Assembly (NCBI RefSeq): GCF_009914755.1
Contig: NC_060928.1
DNA length: 64,000 bases
Source of the DNA: the human T2T-CHM13v2.0 reference genome, Homo sapiens
Direction: 5' to 3' (one strand)
A program made the translations under genes and the position numbers. Of this stretch, positions 45,106-59,106 are shown in pieces (position 1 is the first letter of the stretch; each line of letters opens with the position of its first letter). Below the pieces are notes generated by a model, which did no database searches, had not been told where the DNA came from, and worked only from the letters and a program-made list of their open reading frames with translations.

Positions 45106-46464
45106 CTTCTGGCTCAAGCTATAACATGGCAATGTGAGATAACTGATGAAACTAAAACACGGCCTGGAAGGAAAACATATTAAAAACAGAACAATATTTT
45201 CTACTATCCTTCCATAAAGTTTATTGGCTTTCAGATATAGTAGAAACATTAAACACTATATATGTCAACATATTCTTTTCCTTTTCAGAAACGAAACCCA
45301 AAATTATGAGTCTTTCTCAAGCTCCAAAAGCTATTATACACACAGATCCAAAGCTAGAATACTTCTCACCTGACACAGATACTATTCTGAATACCTCAAG
45401 ACCATATTGAAATCACACTTAATTGTGTGATATCTCACCTGTGTCATTTTAAATGCTCATTTGTTAATATAATGTTATTCAAATTTACAGAGGTGTGATG
45501 GGAAGTTAGACCCAGGGACAATCCATGTGCCTTCAAATATATCTTGTTAAGTGCTTGTTTATATATTTAATAGTAAACCACTTAAGAGTTTAAATAAACT
45601 CAATTTGGAGAATTTCTGGAGAAACAGCAGGATGAGGCCAGTAAACTTGTTTAGAAATTAAAAAACAAAGATTTTGTTTCCCTCTGTTCTTGTTTGTTCA
45701 ATGTAGCAAACTTTACATAATCAGAAAGAGTAACATTTTTATGCCAAAGAAAAGATGGGGCAGGAAGCATTTATCTCAGAATTAATCAAAAGTTTTCTTA
45801 AAATTCAATAAAATCTGTCTCTCTTTTGTTACATTTAGTATGTTCATAAGGAATTAATGACCGAAATTAAATTATTTTAAGGTTGGTTAAGCAGAGGCAC
45901 TTAAGAGTAAATTTTGTTCTTGGTAGAAGGATAATAAATGCCAAGCTTTATCTCCTGTCATAGTGAGATTTTAAAAGATGATAGAATTTTTATGACTACA
46001 GATTCCAATATCCTCTCATTGTAGAATCATTTAAAAATAATTTATTATTACTTTCTATAGTACTACATATACCCAATAGATCTACATGATGCCAAAACAG
46101 TTTTTAAATGTGGAAAGTTTAGTTGACTTTTTAGTCTGAATACTTCAAACAATCAATAATAATTAAATTGTATCCCTTTGTTTGTACTGATCAGTGATAC
46201 CATCCTGGATACTTCAGAAAAATAAACATAAATATTCAAACACTTGAAAAAAAGTTTTGTACAACATATATCATTAAAGGTATATTCCTATAGATATCCA
46301 TTTCCAAGTATCTTTTTCTAGTATGATAATCCCAAGTATATTTGCTAATGCCACATCATATGACACTAAGTCAATGTAAAGAAATGTAATTATTTTTACT
46401 CTCTGATTATGGAGTATACACTGGGATTACGAATATACTAATAACGTTTAATCAAAGGTATTTA

Positions 46465-46941
46465 TAGAAGTTAGGGTTGCATTTTGCAGAAAATTATAAG
46501 ACACACACATATACACAAAACTTTCTTTAACGAATTAGTTAGTTTTTCCTCCTCATTTAATGGGTTCAGAGGAAGGCAGTGCAAGGCTGGCACAGTGGTT
46601 TTATGATATATTCACTGTCCCAGATAACTTCTACTGTTTCTGTTCGGAATCTTCAGACTATGCATGTCAGAAGATGATTCTCTACTTTTAGCATCCCATT
46701 ATCATTCTGGAAAAGTTATATAGGAAAAGAGAAGGTGATGGCAAATGACCATGAGACAACAGACAGCCTACCTTTAAAGGGGTTTCCTAAAGACCCGTCT
46801 AGTGTCTACTGAGTTACATCTCATTGACAATAACTACTAAGGAAGTAACATAGCTTTTAGTGGGCACCTTCCCCTAAATAGGAGTTCTGCTTTTCCATGC
46901 AGAATATAAATATTGAATAGGTAATTACCAGTCTCTGCCAC
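46465..46941 (-). mobile_element. MLT1J-like LTR
   Basis: Ends 'atattgaataggtaattaccagtctctgccaca'; 'ggcagtgcaaggctggcacagtgg'. Confidence 0.6.
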
Positions 46942-48623
46942 AGTATTCTGTAACTTTGCTGCACAATGATAAAAAAGATTTAATATATCCTAAATAAGTC
47001 AATCTAACTGAGTAAAAAAGACATCAAAGCATTCATCATTTCATCCCCTCCACAAAAGAAATAACATAGTTATTGATTAACTAAACTTCATTAAGTAAGT
47101 AATGAAACATGCACGAAGCATACTGTCTTATGAGCAGATATTAAATGATGAGGAAATGGAAAAACAGCTATGAACAGAAAACCATGAAGGTGTACATGAC
47201 AGAAAATATACTTTGGATTCCATATTACATTTAGAGTAAAAAGAGAATAACACTTGAGCTCAGTAAATTTACATAATATAAACCACACTGTGCTTAAGAG
47301 CTAAACTTTTCTGTACCCTAATGCTGCAGTGATGCAATTCTAAAGCATTGGAGGAACAAGAGGGCTTGGTAAGAAAATCTATGCGTACCAAGAGGATCAC
47401 CTGGATGATGAAAGAATAAGTCTTTTAAATTAAAAAAAAATGTTAAACTAATTTGAGTTGGCTAGAGAGGGCATCTCCTAATCTACAATAAATTCAAGGT
47501 CATGAAAATAATGAATTTCAATGGTTCTAGAAAAGAAAATCTATACTAATGATTATAAGTGAAGACTCAAACAGGCTTAAAACTTTTAATTAGTGACAGT
47601 TATTTAACCATGACAAGCAATACCACAACAGATTTTCATGTTTAATTGATCAATGACAGATCACTATGGTGAACATTCTGAAAGCAAATCAATTGGTAGC
47701 TGCCTCACATTTTGAAAGTCAGCTGATCTGTAGTAGATTCACTCTCATCAACAAAATTTAAGAGGTAACTTCAATCCCTTTTTGCCTTTGAACTAACACA
47801 AATACACTTCTACAGCAGAAATCAACTGAGTCTTTCCTCAATAGATATCACATTTCTGGAACAAACATTCTCCAAAATCTCTAAGTTTGGCTGGGTTCTG
47901 AAATAGGTATTTTCCAAGAAATGTGAAGGTATTTTCTTTTTGTTTTTATTTCAATCCACTCTTTGGTTGTGCTCTGGGTCAAAGCTACAGCAGAGTACAT
48001 CAGGGGTGATTCAGATCTTCACTATTCTTATTGACTTTCTTTGAAAAAGCTTTCATTTGCAGAGAAATCTAGTCTTACTGTTCAAATGTCATTCAGAATG
48101 ACTTCACCATGTCTTTGACTTTGAGTCATTTGTCTGAATCCTTTGTAGAGGCAGTGAGCATAAAGATGCATTTTAAACTCAGAACAAGTGCCATTGAAAA
48201 ACTCTGTAAAAAACAAACATAATGAATGATGATAGGTTTTACCATGATGTATTAATGTCTGAATATGGTGTTAGATTCTGTTGCTAATGTTTTATTTATA
48301 ATTTTTGCATCAATATTCATTACTAAGCTTTGTGTATAATTTTCCTTTGGGGGTTCCATTCATCAGGCTTAGATATCAACTTTACGTATACTCTGGAACA
48401 ATTTATGTGGCAATGCAATTTTCTAGCCTTGTTGCTAAATGCTGCTAAACGTCCCCAGTGAAATCATCTGAACTTGGTACATTTCTGTAGGGTTTAATAA
48501 CTTTCCTTATATCTTCCACAGAAATTTTATGTTTATTTTTTTTCTCAATTTTAATCAAATTTACTACAATCTGTGTAGTACAAATCCATGTATTTTCCTC
48601 AAAAATTTATGCATTTCAGCAAC

Positions 48624-49434
48624 TTTTTTTTATTATATCTTAAATTCTGGGGTACATGCGCAGAACGTGTAGATTTGTTACATAGATATACATGTGCCAT
48701 GATGGTTTGCTGCACCCATCAACCCGTTATCTACATTAGGTATTTCTTCTAATGGGATCCTTCCCCAAGCACCCCAATCCCTGACAGACCCCAGTGTGTG
48801 ATGGTCCCCTCCCTGTGCCCATATATTCTCATTGTTCAGCTCCCACTTATAAGTGAGAACATGTGATGTTTGGTTTTCTGTTCTTGTGTTAGTTTGCTGA
48901 GAATGATGGTTTCCAGCTTCATCCATGTCCCTGCAAAGGACATGAACTCATCCTTTTTTATGGCTGCAAAGTATTCCATGTTGTACATATGCCACAGTTT
49001 TTTTATCCAGTCTATCACTGATGAGCATTTGGGTTGGTTCCAAGTCTTTGCTATTGTGACTAGTGCCCTAGTAAACATATGTGTGCATGTATTTTCATAG
49101 TAGAATGATTTATAATCCTTTGGATATATATCCAGTAATGGGATTGCTGGGTCAAATGGTATTTCTGGTTCTAGATCCTTAAGGAATAGCCACACTATCT
49201 TCCACATGGCTGAACAAATTTACACTCCCACCAAGAGTGTAAAAGCTTTCCTATTTCTCCACATCCTCTCCAGCATCTGTTTTTCCTGACTTTTTAATGA
49301 TCGTGATTCTAACTGGTGTCAGACGGTATCTCATTGTGGTTTTGATTTGAATTTCTCTAATTACCAGTGATGATGAGCTTTTATTCCTATGTTTGTTGGC
49401 TGCATAAATGTCTTATTTTGAGAAGTGTCTGTTC
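48624..49434 (-). mobile_element. 5'-truncated L1PA7/8-like element
   Basis: 3' UTR and ORF2 C-terminus (ORF 48836-49207). Confidence 0.93.
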
Positions 49435-49436
49435 TT

Positions 49437-49734
49437 TGGGCAAAAATAAATAAAAAAAATTGAAAAAACAGATCTTCAAAATAAAAGATTACAAAGGAAA
49501 ACTAAACATTGCAAAGAAAATTAACAAAAAGAGACATTTTATACATTTCATTAAAAATGTTTTGAAAATTTTTGAAAATTTTGAAAATGTTTAATGAATT
49601 TGTGCAAAATGTCTGTTTTTGTTTTGTGTAAAATGTCTTTTTTTGTTAATTTTCTTTTGCAGTGTTTAGTTTTCCTTTGCAATCTTTTATTTTGAAGATC
49701 TGTTTTTTCTATTTTTTTCATTTATTTTTGCCCA
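49437..49734. repeat. Long inverted repeat (arms 49437-49545 and 49625-49734)
   Basis: ~110-bp arms that are reverse complements with few mismatches. Confidence 0.95.
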
Positions 49735-51404
49735 TTTCATTAATTTTTAATAAACATTTTGATTTATTGATTGCTCATTATCTTTTTATTTGTTGTCTCA
49801 ATCTTGTGTTTCCCTTTGATTTACCTTATGCTTTTTCTACCTTGTTGAGTTGATTTGCATGTGCATTCTTAAATTTTCATTGATAATGCCCACCTCTTTA
49901 AAATGTATTCTATTGGTATTAACTGTTTATATTGTCATATTTTACAAGTTCTACAATTTGGATTTATATTTTCCCTTTCATTTTGGAGATTTTCAATAGA
50001 AAGTTTTCAAATTTCCAAATGGAAAGACTTTTTTGAATTTTTATTTTGAATTTCTAGTCTTCTTATATAATTTTATCAGAAACAATTTGTAATTTCTCTA
50101 TGGCATGGAACTTGATGTTGTTTTTAAGATGTAATGTTTGAACAATTTTTTGTTAAAGTTCTTTGAGTGTTTGAGTGAAGATATATTCTTTCTCACAGGG
50201 TAAAATGTTTGAGACATCACCTAAACTTTTATGTTAAGGATTATGCCATTTACAACTTTTATTTCCTCATTTTTGGTTCACTTGGCCTATATTTAACTGT
50301 GAGTGCTGTATTTAACTCTCTTATTAGTGTTTTCTGTTTGTGTCTTCTTGGGTCTCCTGTAGTTTCTGTTTATGTAGATTATTATTATGTCACTTTATAT
50401 GTAGATATTGGTAGTTGTTATACTTCATTGTGAATTGGGGCTTACACAATATTGAATCATCTTGTTTGGCATATTCAGTTCCTTTTTGTCCTGAATTCCT
50501 TTGTCTGATATTTGGAATGCAACTTCTACTTTCTTGATATTTAAACATTTCTCCTAAGTACATATTTGCCTCTTTATTTTGAGGCTTGAGTTCTTTAATT
50601 TTAGGCCTCTTTTAAACAGTTCAGAGTTGTGTTTTGTTTGTGAGCCAATTTGAAAATCTTCTTTAAGTGAGTTAAACCCATTTACATTAATTTATATGAC
50701 TGAAACATTGTGTTCCAACTCCATCATCTTATTTTGTTATATTTATTGTATGTTTATTTTATGTATTATATTTCTTTCTTTATGTGATCTAATTCCTCAG
50801 ATTTCTTAATTTATTTTAATTCCTTTTGATATGTAGATTGATGTTTAGATTGATTTTATTATTATGTATTATTTATTTTATGTTGTTTTCCTTTTTCTTC
50901 CAGGTACTCTAATTGAATATGTTATAGATTTTCATTACCCCTCATTATGTATGCATGTGGTGTTTTTGTTCAAGATTCTTTCCTGAGTTTAATTTTTGTT
51001 TTATAACTTTGTTTTTCATATATGTCTTTCCTGTTTTTGAATTCCACATTTAAGATATTTCTCTTACATGACAATTCTTCAAGTACATTTTATTCTGGTT
51101 GTAGTGTTGTGATGCAATTGCCTTGATGCCTTGAATTTATATTTGGTGAAAGAAATTTCATAACTTGAAATGTTTTCTGAGTTTTTCTTCTTTCTGAACC
51201 ATTGTATCGATGCTATCTTCTACTTTCTGTTCACTTCCCAATTTTATTTCCCCAGGGACCAGCAATACCAGTTATTTCACTCATACGAGAAAGAGTGGGG
51301 GTCTAACTAGGTTTCTTAGTTCAAGACTGCCCTCTTCCACTGGCATAGAAAAGTGCAGTTTCTTTAAATTTATTGTGTTCTTTTATTTGGATAGGGAAGC
51401 AATG

Positions 51405-51857
51405 CTGTAATTTTGAATAATGGGCCCCAAATATTTTCATGTTCTTATCCCTGGAACCTGTGAATGTTACTTTATATGGCGAAAGGGAGTTTTGTTATTA
51501 AATTTAGAATCTTGAGATGTGGCAATTATCCTGGATTGTGCAAGTAGACCCAATATAATCTAAACAGTCTTTATAAAGAGGAAGCAGGAGGATCAGAGAC
51601 AGAAGGCAATGCAATGATGGAAGCAGAGATTTGAGTGAAACACTTTGAAAATAAAGGAAAGGTGCATACGCCAAGGCCTCAGGCAACCACTAGAAGCTTA
51701 AAAAGGCCAGAAAGAGACTCTTCACTAGAGCCTTCAGAAGGAAGCAGTCTGGCTAACATCTTGACTTTAGCCCAGTGAAAATGATTTCAGACTTCTTGTT
51801 TTAGCTACCAAGATATGGTAATTTGTTATAGCAGCAGTAAAATAGAAAACGAATAAA
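51405..51857 (+). mobile_element. MLT1D-like LTR
   Basis: 'atccctggaacctgtgaatgttactttatatggc...ctagagccttcagaagga...ggtaatttgttatagcagca'. Confidence 0.85.
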
Positions 51858-51909
51858 GGGCGTGACTTATGAATTTATAATTTCCTTGTATTTCAGCAGG
51901 ATCATTTAT

Positions 51910-52226
51910 TTCTTATTTCTTTAAATTTATATTTTAAGTTCAGTGGTACAAGTGCAGGTTTGTTACATAGGTAAACTTGTCTCATGGTTGTTTGTTATAC
52001 AGATTATTTCATCACCCAGTATTAAGCCTAGTACCCATTAGTTATTTTTCCTGATCCTCTGCCTCCTCCCTCACTTCACCTTCTGCCCTCCAAAAGGCTC
52101 CAGTGCGTGTGGTTCCCCTGGATGTTTCCCTGGGTCATCATGATTTTGCTCGACTTACAAGTTAGAACATGTGGCATTTGGTTTTCTCTTCCTGTGTTAG
52201 TCTGCTAAGGATAATGGCCTCCAGCT
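51910..52226 (-). mobile_element. Old L1PA (PA13-like) 3' end
   Basis: 'gtgcaggtttgttacataggtaaacttg...acagattatttcatcaccca...ctaaggataatggcctccagct'. Confidence 0.85.
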
Positions 52227-53497
52227 GTTTCTTTTCCTGATATTTCTTTTTCTTTACCACCAAATCTCCAAGAGATGATTCCTCCTTCCATGTTATCAAC
52301 TTATCCTAAAGAAGTGGCGCCTTCTCAGTACAGGTCCCACAGCCTTTCAAGGTTCTCCCTTTCGATTCCTCAATAGCTATCGCTCTAATGTATCACATCA
52401 GATTTGCTCTCAGTATTCTGCATTCGGCATGGAATCTGTCTTTCTGAAGTTATTGTATCTGTGTTCCATCACAGCTAGGTATGCAGTCTGGAGCTGTTTC
52501 TGGTGAATTGGTGTGTGTATTTTCCATATGTACAGGTAGTTTGAAGTTCCTAGTACTGTCCTTCTCATAGTTATGATGAAGATGTGAGTTTTAATATTTT
52601 GTGAGAATATTTGAATTGAGATTCTACTGCCATCATTTTATGATAAACCAGAAACCAAAACTGTATCTATTGACTCCATAGGAATGATGAGGATTTTGCT
52701 ATTTTCAAAATTTGCTCTCTTTAAATTTGGATTTTTGATATGTCTGTTATTATTTTTCTATTGGTCATATTTATTATTGTAAATGATATTCTTGAAACTC
52801 CATCAATGTTTGAAAAGTTTCTTTTCAAAGGATATTTGACAAAATATCCTTTGTCAGATAAGGATATTAGTGAGCAACACTAATTTGTTCCCCCTTTTCA
52901 CTGCCCAAGTTCTTTCAGCTACACATCTACTTTCACTTTTACTTTTGCATTGCTATGATGATTTTCATTTACTTTTTGTTGTCCAATAACTTCCTTTTTC
53001 TTAGACTTAATCTGAAATTCATCTCCCAGTAAAGTATATTTATATGATTTTTTAAATCTTTTTTGATATCAGGTTGTGAGTTAGAATTATATTTATTTAT
53101 TTAGCAAATAACATGAGCCTGTCCTTCTAAAAGCACATTGTATCTAGGATCAAGGTCAAGTGGAAACTTTTATTATTCTTTTTAAGTCATGACATATTTC
53201 AGAAAGTTAATACTTCTTGTAATTACTTTTTCTAAATTCTTCATTTTTCTTATCATATCCTCATCTTTCCTTCAGCTCTTACGTATTGGATTTTTGTGTC
53301 CCATGCATTGTTCTTATTGCTTAATTCATTTATATATTTTTACAATAATTTTTAATTCATTTTATTCATTTTTACAACAGTTTTATGATTTTAATTGCAC
53401 AGATGAAGAAACTTAAGTACAGTGGTATTGATGAACATAAGCTACAGAGTTCATGACTTTTTAATGAAGCTTACTATCCTGACGTTAAATCACGTAA

Positions 53498-53810
<313 letters not shown>

Positions 53811-55655
53811 TCACATAATCTTTTCTTTTCAGTCCTCCTCACCCTTTACACTGACCTTCTCCCCGGAAAGCTCCCATTTAGAGCTCTCTCTCCTGCTGCT
53901 CCCATCTGTAATGCTCACAGTACAGGCCTGCTGACATGTTGACCTGTGACTCCTTGCCTTCCTTACACTGCTCTTCTGGATTAGATCCAGAGGTAATTAT
54001 GTGACAAGTGCGAAAGCAAATCTGCTGGCATCCAATCTGATTGGTCCATGCTTAAGTTCTACAAACTGCCCCTGGTTTATTTCCTAGTTTTCCTGGGGTA
54101 CATCCCAAAAAAAAGTTTTCTAAGAATAAGTACATATCAGGTGAAAGTATTAAGTCCAAAATGTTTTAAGAACATCTTATGATATCTTAGCAATTAATTC
54201 ACAGATTATTCAGACGTGGATGATAGGCGACATTTTTAAAATAATTTTCGAAGATGTTGTTACAGTGCCTAAGAAATCAGTTTCATGCCATGTTTAGCTT
54301 TAAATCTGCTAAAACCACGATTTGTTTTTCCTGAATATCCTAATAAGAGAAAAACTAGACACAAGGGACTGATATTTTTTCTACTAATAGAAAAGCCTGA
54401 ACTCTTTTTATAGACCTCAGTAAGATTAACACAGTTCGTTAACTTATTTTCCTACAACAGTCTATAGATTAAATAAACATTGAAATGTTTTGCAATTTAA
54501 ATAAGACCCTTTTTGCACTTATCTGATATATTAATAGCAATCTCATTTTACCATGTTCCTGAGGTTATAGAGTTTAAATATCTCTATCTTACCAGCATAA
54601 TAATATTTTATTCTTAAGGCTTATCAAATACTTTTAAGACTGTGGTTTTAACCAAGGTGATATTATAAGTTGAGGTGATATTACAATACATATAAATAGT
54701 TAGGTGTTTCAATTTGTATTAGAGAAGATACCAGTTAGAAAGCACCTCTAAATAAACCATTTTACTGTAAGGGAAAATTAATAACCTATTTCTTTTGTCT
54801 TCCATAGACCTGAAAGTGATAAACAATACAATTCTTAATTTGAAAGATTGCTTCATTTCACCGAGTAGAAGAATTTAATAATGCTGTTTTTCAAGCACTT
54901 GTCTACCATGGAAATACCGTGAAGGAAAATTACTGTGAGTAAATTTTCTGAGAACATTTGTTAATTTTCTTGTGGTTTATTCCTTGATCCATTGTGTTCT
55001 ACACTTGAGTATTGTTGACAATCTGTGGAAAGATAAGGTTCTTGTGTTCAGCATGATAAAATAAAAGCCTTCCTTTGGTGTACAAATACATATATGCATA
55101 CATTGAACCCTAATGCTACATGCAGTATCTTTTCTGGGACATTTATTTTTTTCCCAAATGTTACATCATTATGAAAATTTCCATTTCAAAGTAAAAAAAT
55201 AATATTATACTGTCGCTGAAATATAAGTGCTTTGTCAGGAACACATTATATAGTAAAAGTGCATTATTATATGTTCAAACAAACAAAATAGTAAACCTAG
55301 TAATTATTCACTTATTTTAGAAGGAAGTAGTATTAGGCATTTACCAAAATATTCAACCACAGCATCCAATATCACAGCATTTTATTTTACAAAGAGATGG
55401 CCCTTTGAGTAGAGTGTTTGACAAACTGATCATCTCATTTGCCACAGTACCATGCATCCAGACAATAAATACTCAAACATATTTTCCACATAAAAAATAT
55501 TGGCAAACATTTCCAAAATTTTGTCTCCATTTATTCATGTGGATGCTCCCTCTCAACAACACTTTTTTCATATTAAGAGTTTTACAAAATAGCTTAATCT
55601 AGAACACTAGTACCTTTGTGTACCAACATAGAGAATATATTTAACTAAAGAATTT

Positions 55656-56006
<351 letters not shown>

Positions 56007-56172
56007 TCAGAAGTGAGAAATCACTTGCTTTAGCAATGATTTATTAAACACAAAGAATCATATATTAAATATCTACTAGAAAAAATTTTAGTGTAGAATT
56101 TGATCATAAAAATGACTTTTATAATGTATAAGTATGTTTATTAGACTATACCTTTTTGTCTAATTACAAATA

Positions 56173-56356
56173 CTTTGTTTCTTTGTTTTTTGATCTTTTG
56201 AGACAGGGTCTTGCTATGTTGCCCAAGGTGGAGTACAGTGGCAATTCACAGGTGTGATATTAGCACACTGTAGCCTAGAATTCCTGGGCTCAAACAATCT
56301 TTCTGTCTCAGCCTTCTGAGTATCTGGCACTACAGGAGTGTGCAACCACACCAGCT
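56173..56356 (-). mobile_element. FAM (fossil Alu monomer)
   Basis: Monomer retaining the FAM-specific 'cagtggcaattcacagg' segment (sense cctgtgaat.gccactg). Confidence 0.8.
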
Positions 56357-56598
56357 CCCTAATTATAAGCATTTAAAAAATTATGGGGATGTCTGAATAC
56401 CTATCTTCTCTAAGTAGAAATTTAAAAGACAGATGTTACTGTACAACCCTTATGTGCACTCTTAAGTTTTTGCCAAAGTATTTCCAATAAATAATTCACG
56501 AAGATATTAACTAGTTAGGTGAATTGTGTTACTTTAATATGCTAATAAACTCCCCTTTTTGCCATGTAGAAAAATGAATCTTTTCTGGTCATAGAGAT

Positions 56599-56984
56599 TG
56601 ATATGGTTTGGCTGTGTCCCCACCCAAATCTCATCTTGAATTGTAGTTCCCATAATCACCATGTGTCTTGGGAGGGACCCGTTGGGAAGTAATTGAATTA
56701 CGGGGATAGTTTCCCTCATGATAGTGAGTGAGTCCTCACCAAATTTGTTGGTTTTATAACCATCTGGCATTTCCCTGCTGACACTCGTTCTCTCTCCTGC
56801 CACCCTGTGAAGAGGTGCCTGCTCCCATAATTGTAAGTTTGATGAGGTCTCCCTAGCCATGCAGAACTGTGAGTGAATTAAACCTCTTTTCTTTATAAAT
56901 TACCCAGGCTCTGGTATTTCTTCATAACAGTGTGAGAACAAACTAATACAGTAAACTGATACCACAGAGAGTAGGGCACTGCTA
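56599..56984 (+). mobile_element. THE1C/D LTR (56599-56950) plus first ~34 bp of internal sequence
   Basis: 'tgatatggtttggctgtgtccccacc...actaataca' followed by 'gtaaactgatacca'. Confidence 0.92.
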
Positions 56985-56985
56985 T

Positions 56986-57605
56986 TGAAATGGCATACCT
57001 ATCTCGATCCCTACATGGAACATGTAAAGGGGTTGGCTCATTTACTCAGCCCACAGCTCTCAACGTGTCACAGGAGGGGAGATACAGGTGATCAGGTGCA
57101 GTGGCCAGGAAAAGCGATTCTGGATGCTGGCAGGAGTAGAATTCTGTGCAGCCCTGCAACAGCATCTAAGGGAATACCTGTGACCCCCCACAGCCCCAGG
57201 AGCATGTGATACAATGTGCCCATTTAGCTTTGCCATCCATGGATGGCTTGTATGTTTAAAAGCTCAGTGGAGGGTGACGGTGATGGCCTTTTGCACACTC
57301 CCTTGGCACCTGAGCTTTTGTCTGACATCCAGGAATAATCAGGCTGTGTGAATGAATTGAAGGGTGGTAAATGTGGAGGATTTTATTTAGCAGTGGAAGT
57401 GGCTCTCAGCAGGAAGGGGAGCTGGAAAGGGAATTAAATGAAAAGGTGGTCTTTCCCTGGAGTTTGGCCATCCCTGGAGAAACTCTTCTCCAAAGTCCCA
57501 CCATCAAGCTGGCCCTATGAAGTCAAGCTGCTTCTCTCTGACACCCAGCTGCTGCTTCTCTTCTTTCCTTCTCTGCCAGTGGTGCCTGGAGTTTTATAGG
57601 TACAG
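56986..57605 (-). mobile_element. MER52-like ERV1 LTR fragment
   Basis: GC-richer block with 'gtggctctcagcaggaaggggagctggaaaggg' and 'ttagctttgccatcc'. Confidence 0.7.
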
Positions 57606-58848
57606 AAGTAGTACCTATAAAACAGTAGTATTGATATCAAATCTGATAGAGGCCTAGTTTAACAAAATAATTAGTATTCAAGATAGTCAAGTTTAAAAAC
57701 AATGGCTTTTAGTAGAGAATACAGCTCATAATGCTTGAGAAATTTTCTTTGTGAATGCTAAGTTAGGACTATTTCAAAGAAATAAAGGGTTGTTTAAGTA
57801 TGTGTACCATGTGGCTCCTAATATTTCCTTATTGCCATCAAATATAATAATCTTTACAGCTTTCTGTGCAATTGTTATACAAGATCATTTACCCCGAAAA
57901 AAAACCTTAAGATCAGAAAGGAATAAGGAAAACATACAACCTTATTAACTTATTTTCTGTGCTTGATGTTTTTCTGTAATTTTATTCTGTGCTATCTTTT
58001 TAAGAAAAATGACAATACATTTGCTCCTAAATCTATGCCAGTGTTTTCTCTTGAAGAGTAAACTGTAGACAAGTATCTTGTTGGGCTGAACTTCCTGGAT
58101 TTTATCCACTTCCATTCATCAATTGCTTCCTATATGAGGGAATAATTATGAAAAAAAATCCTGTGGGCTGATTTTCTTGCACATTATGGGTACATATGAA
58201 AACAATAAACAAAGTGTGTGAAGTGTTTTGTAAACTTTGAAGTGCTGTACAAATTTGTTTATTAGAAAATATAACTGGGGATGAGTTCTCTCACTTTCCT
58301 ACACATTGCCATCTGTTTTGAAAAATATTTTCATGCCCTCTTTTGTGCCATAATCAAGAAATCAAAATTTTGTTGGCCTTTTGTTTCCATTAAGAATTTT
58401 TATAGTAAATATTGTTTCAAGTGTGTAATAATATGTAACACTCTTCTAGTCTATTATCCCGTTACAAATAGACAGAATTATGACATAAATCATTTGATTA
58501 TTCTTAGTGACTGCTCAAAATATCCCGAAATTCTTCCTTGTATTGACAATTTAAGTAAATATTGCAAAGTTGAAGAGATTAATATATTTTAACAACCCTA
58601 TTAATTTGCTAAGAATGTTCAGTAGAAAAGATAACTACATTCTCCATATCTTATAAGTTTCTAATGATTTTGTAGACAGAGATGATAAAATTTCTATAGA
58701 TGATTTGTTTCTACCGAAAAACGTAGAACAAATTGGTGATGATATTCAAAGATTTTACTCCTGCATGCATCTTTATCAGGATTTATTAATAACAGAGTCT
58801 CACATTTGTATAGTCAGCATTACCTTCATGTTAACTTCAAAGTTTTTA

Positions 58849-58928
58849 CTAGGTTGGTGCAAAAGTAATTGCGGTTTTTGCTATTACTTTCAAAGGCAAA
58901 AACCGCAATTACTTTTGCACCGACCTAA
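58849..58928. mobile_element. MADE1 (Hsmar1-derived MITE)
   Basis: 80-bp near-palindrome 'taggttggtgcaaaagtaattgcggtttttgc...gcaaaaaccgcaattacttttgcaccgaccta' flanked by TA. Confidence 0.97.
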
Positions 58929-59106
58929 TATTTTCAAAAAGATGCAAAAAGTAGTCCAATGTCATATTTTCTGCTCTGAGATCAAGGCTTTTGTATAATG
59001 GCACTGCTTAAGTGATATAAAAATAGTCACTCTGATACATAGTAAGGATAATATTTTGCACATACATCATACTATATCCCATAGTCCCTACATAAGCATT
59101 GAGCCC

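Larger units (their letters stand above)
48230..51250 (-). mobile_element. Ancient L1M fragments hosting the L1PA at 48.6 kb
   Basis: 'ttgctaatgttttatttataatttttgcatcaatattcat', 'ccagtgaaatcatctg', 'gagttaaacccatttacattaatt'. Confidence 0.6.

Noticed and set aside
53189-53416. Hydrophobic ORFs resembling membrane peptides (also 40999, 49662, 50209)
   Set aside because: They result from T-rich decayed L1M/MIR sequence.
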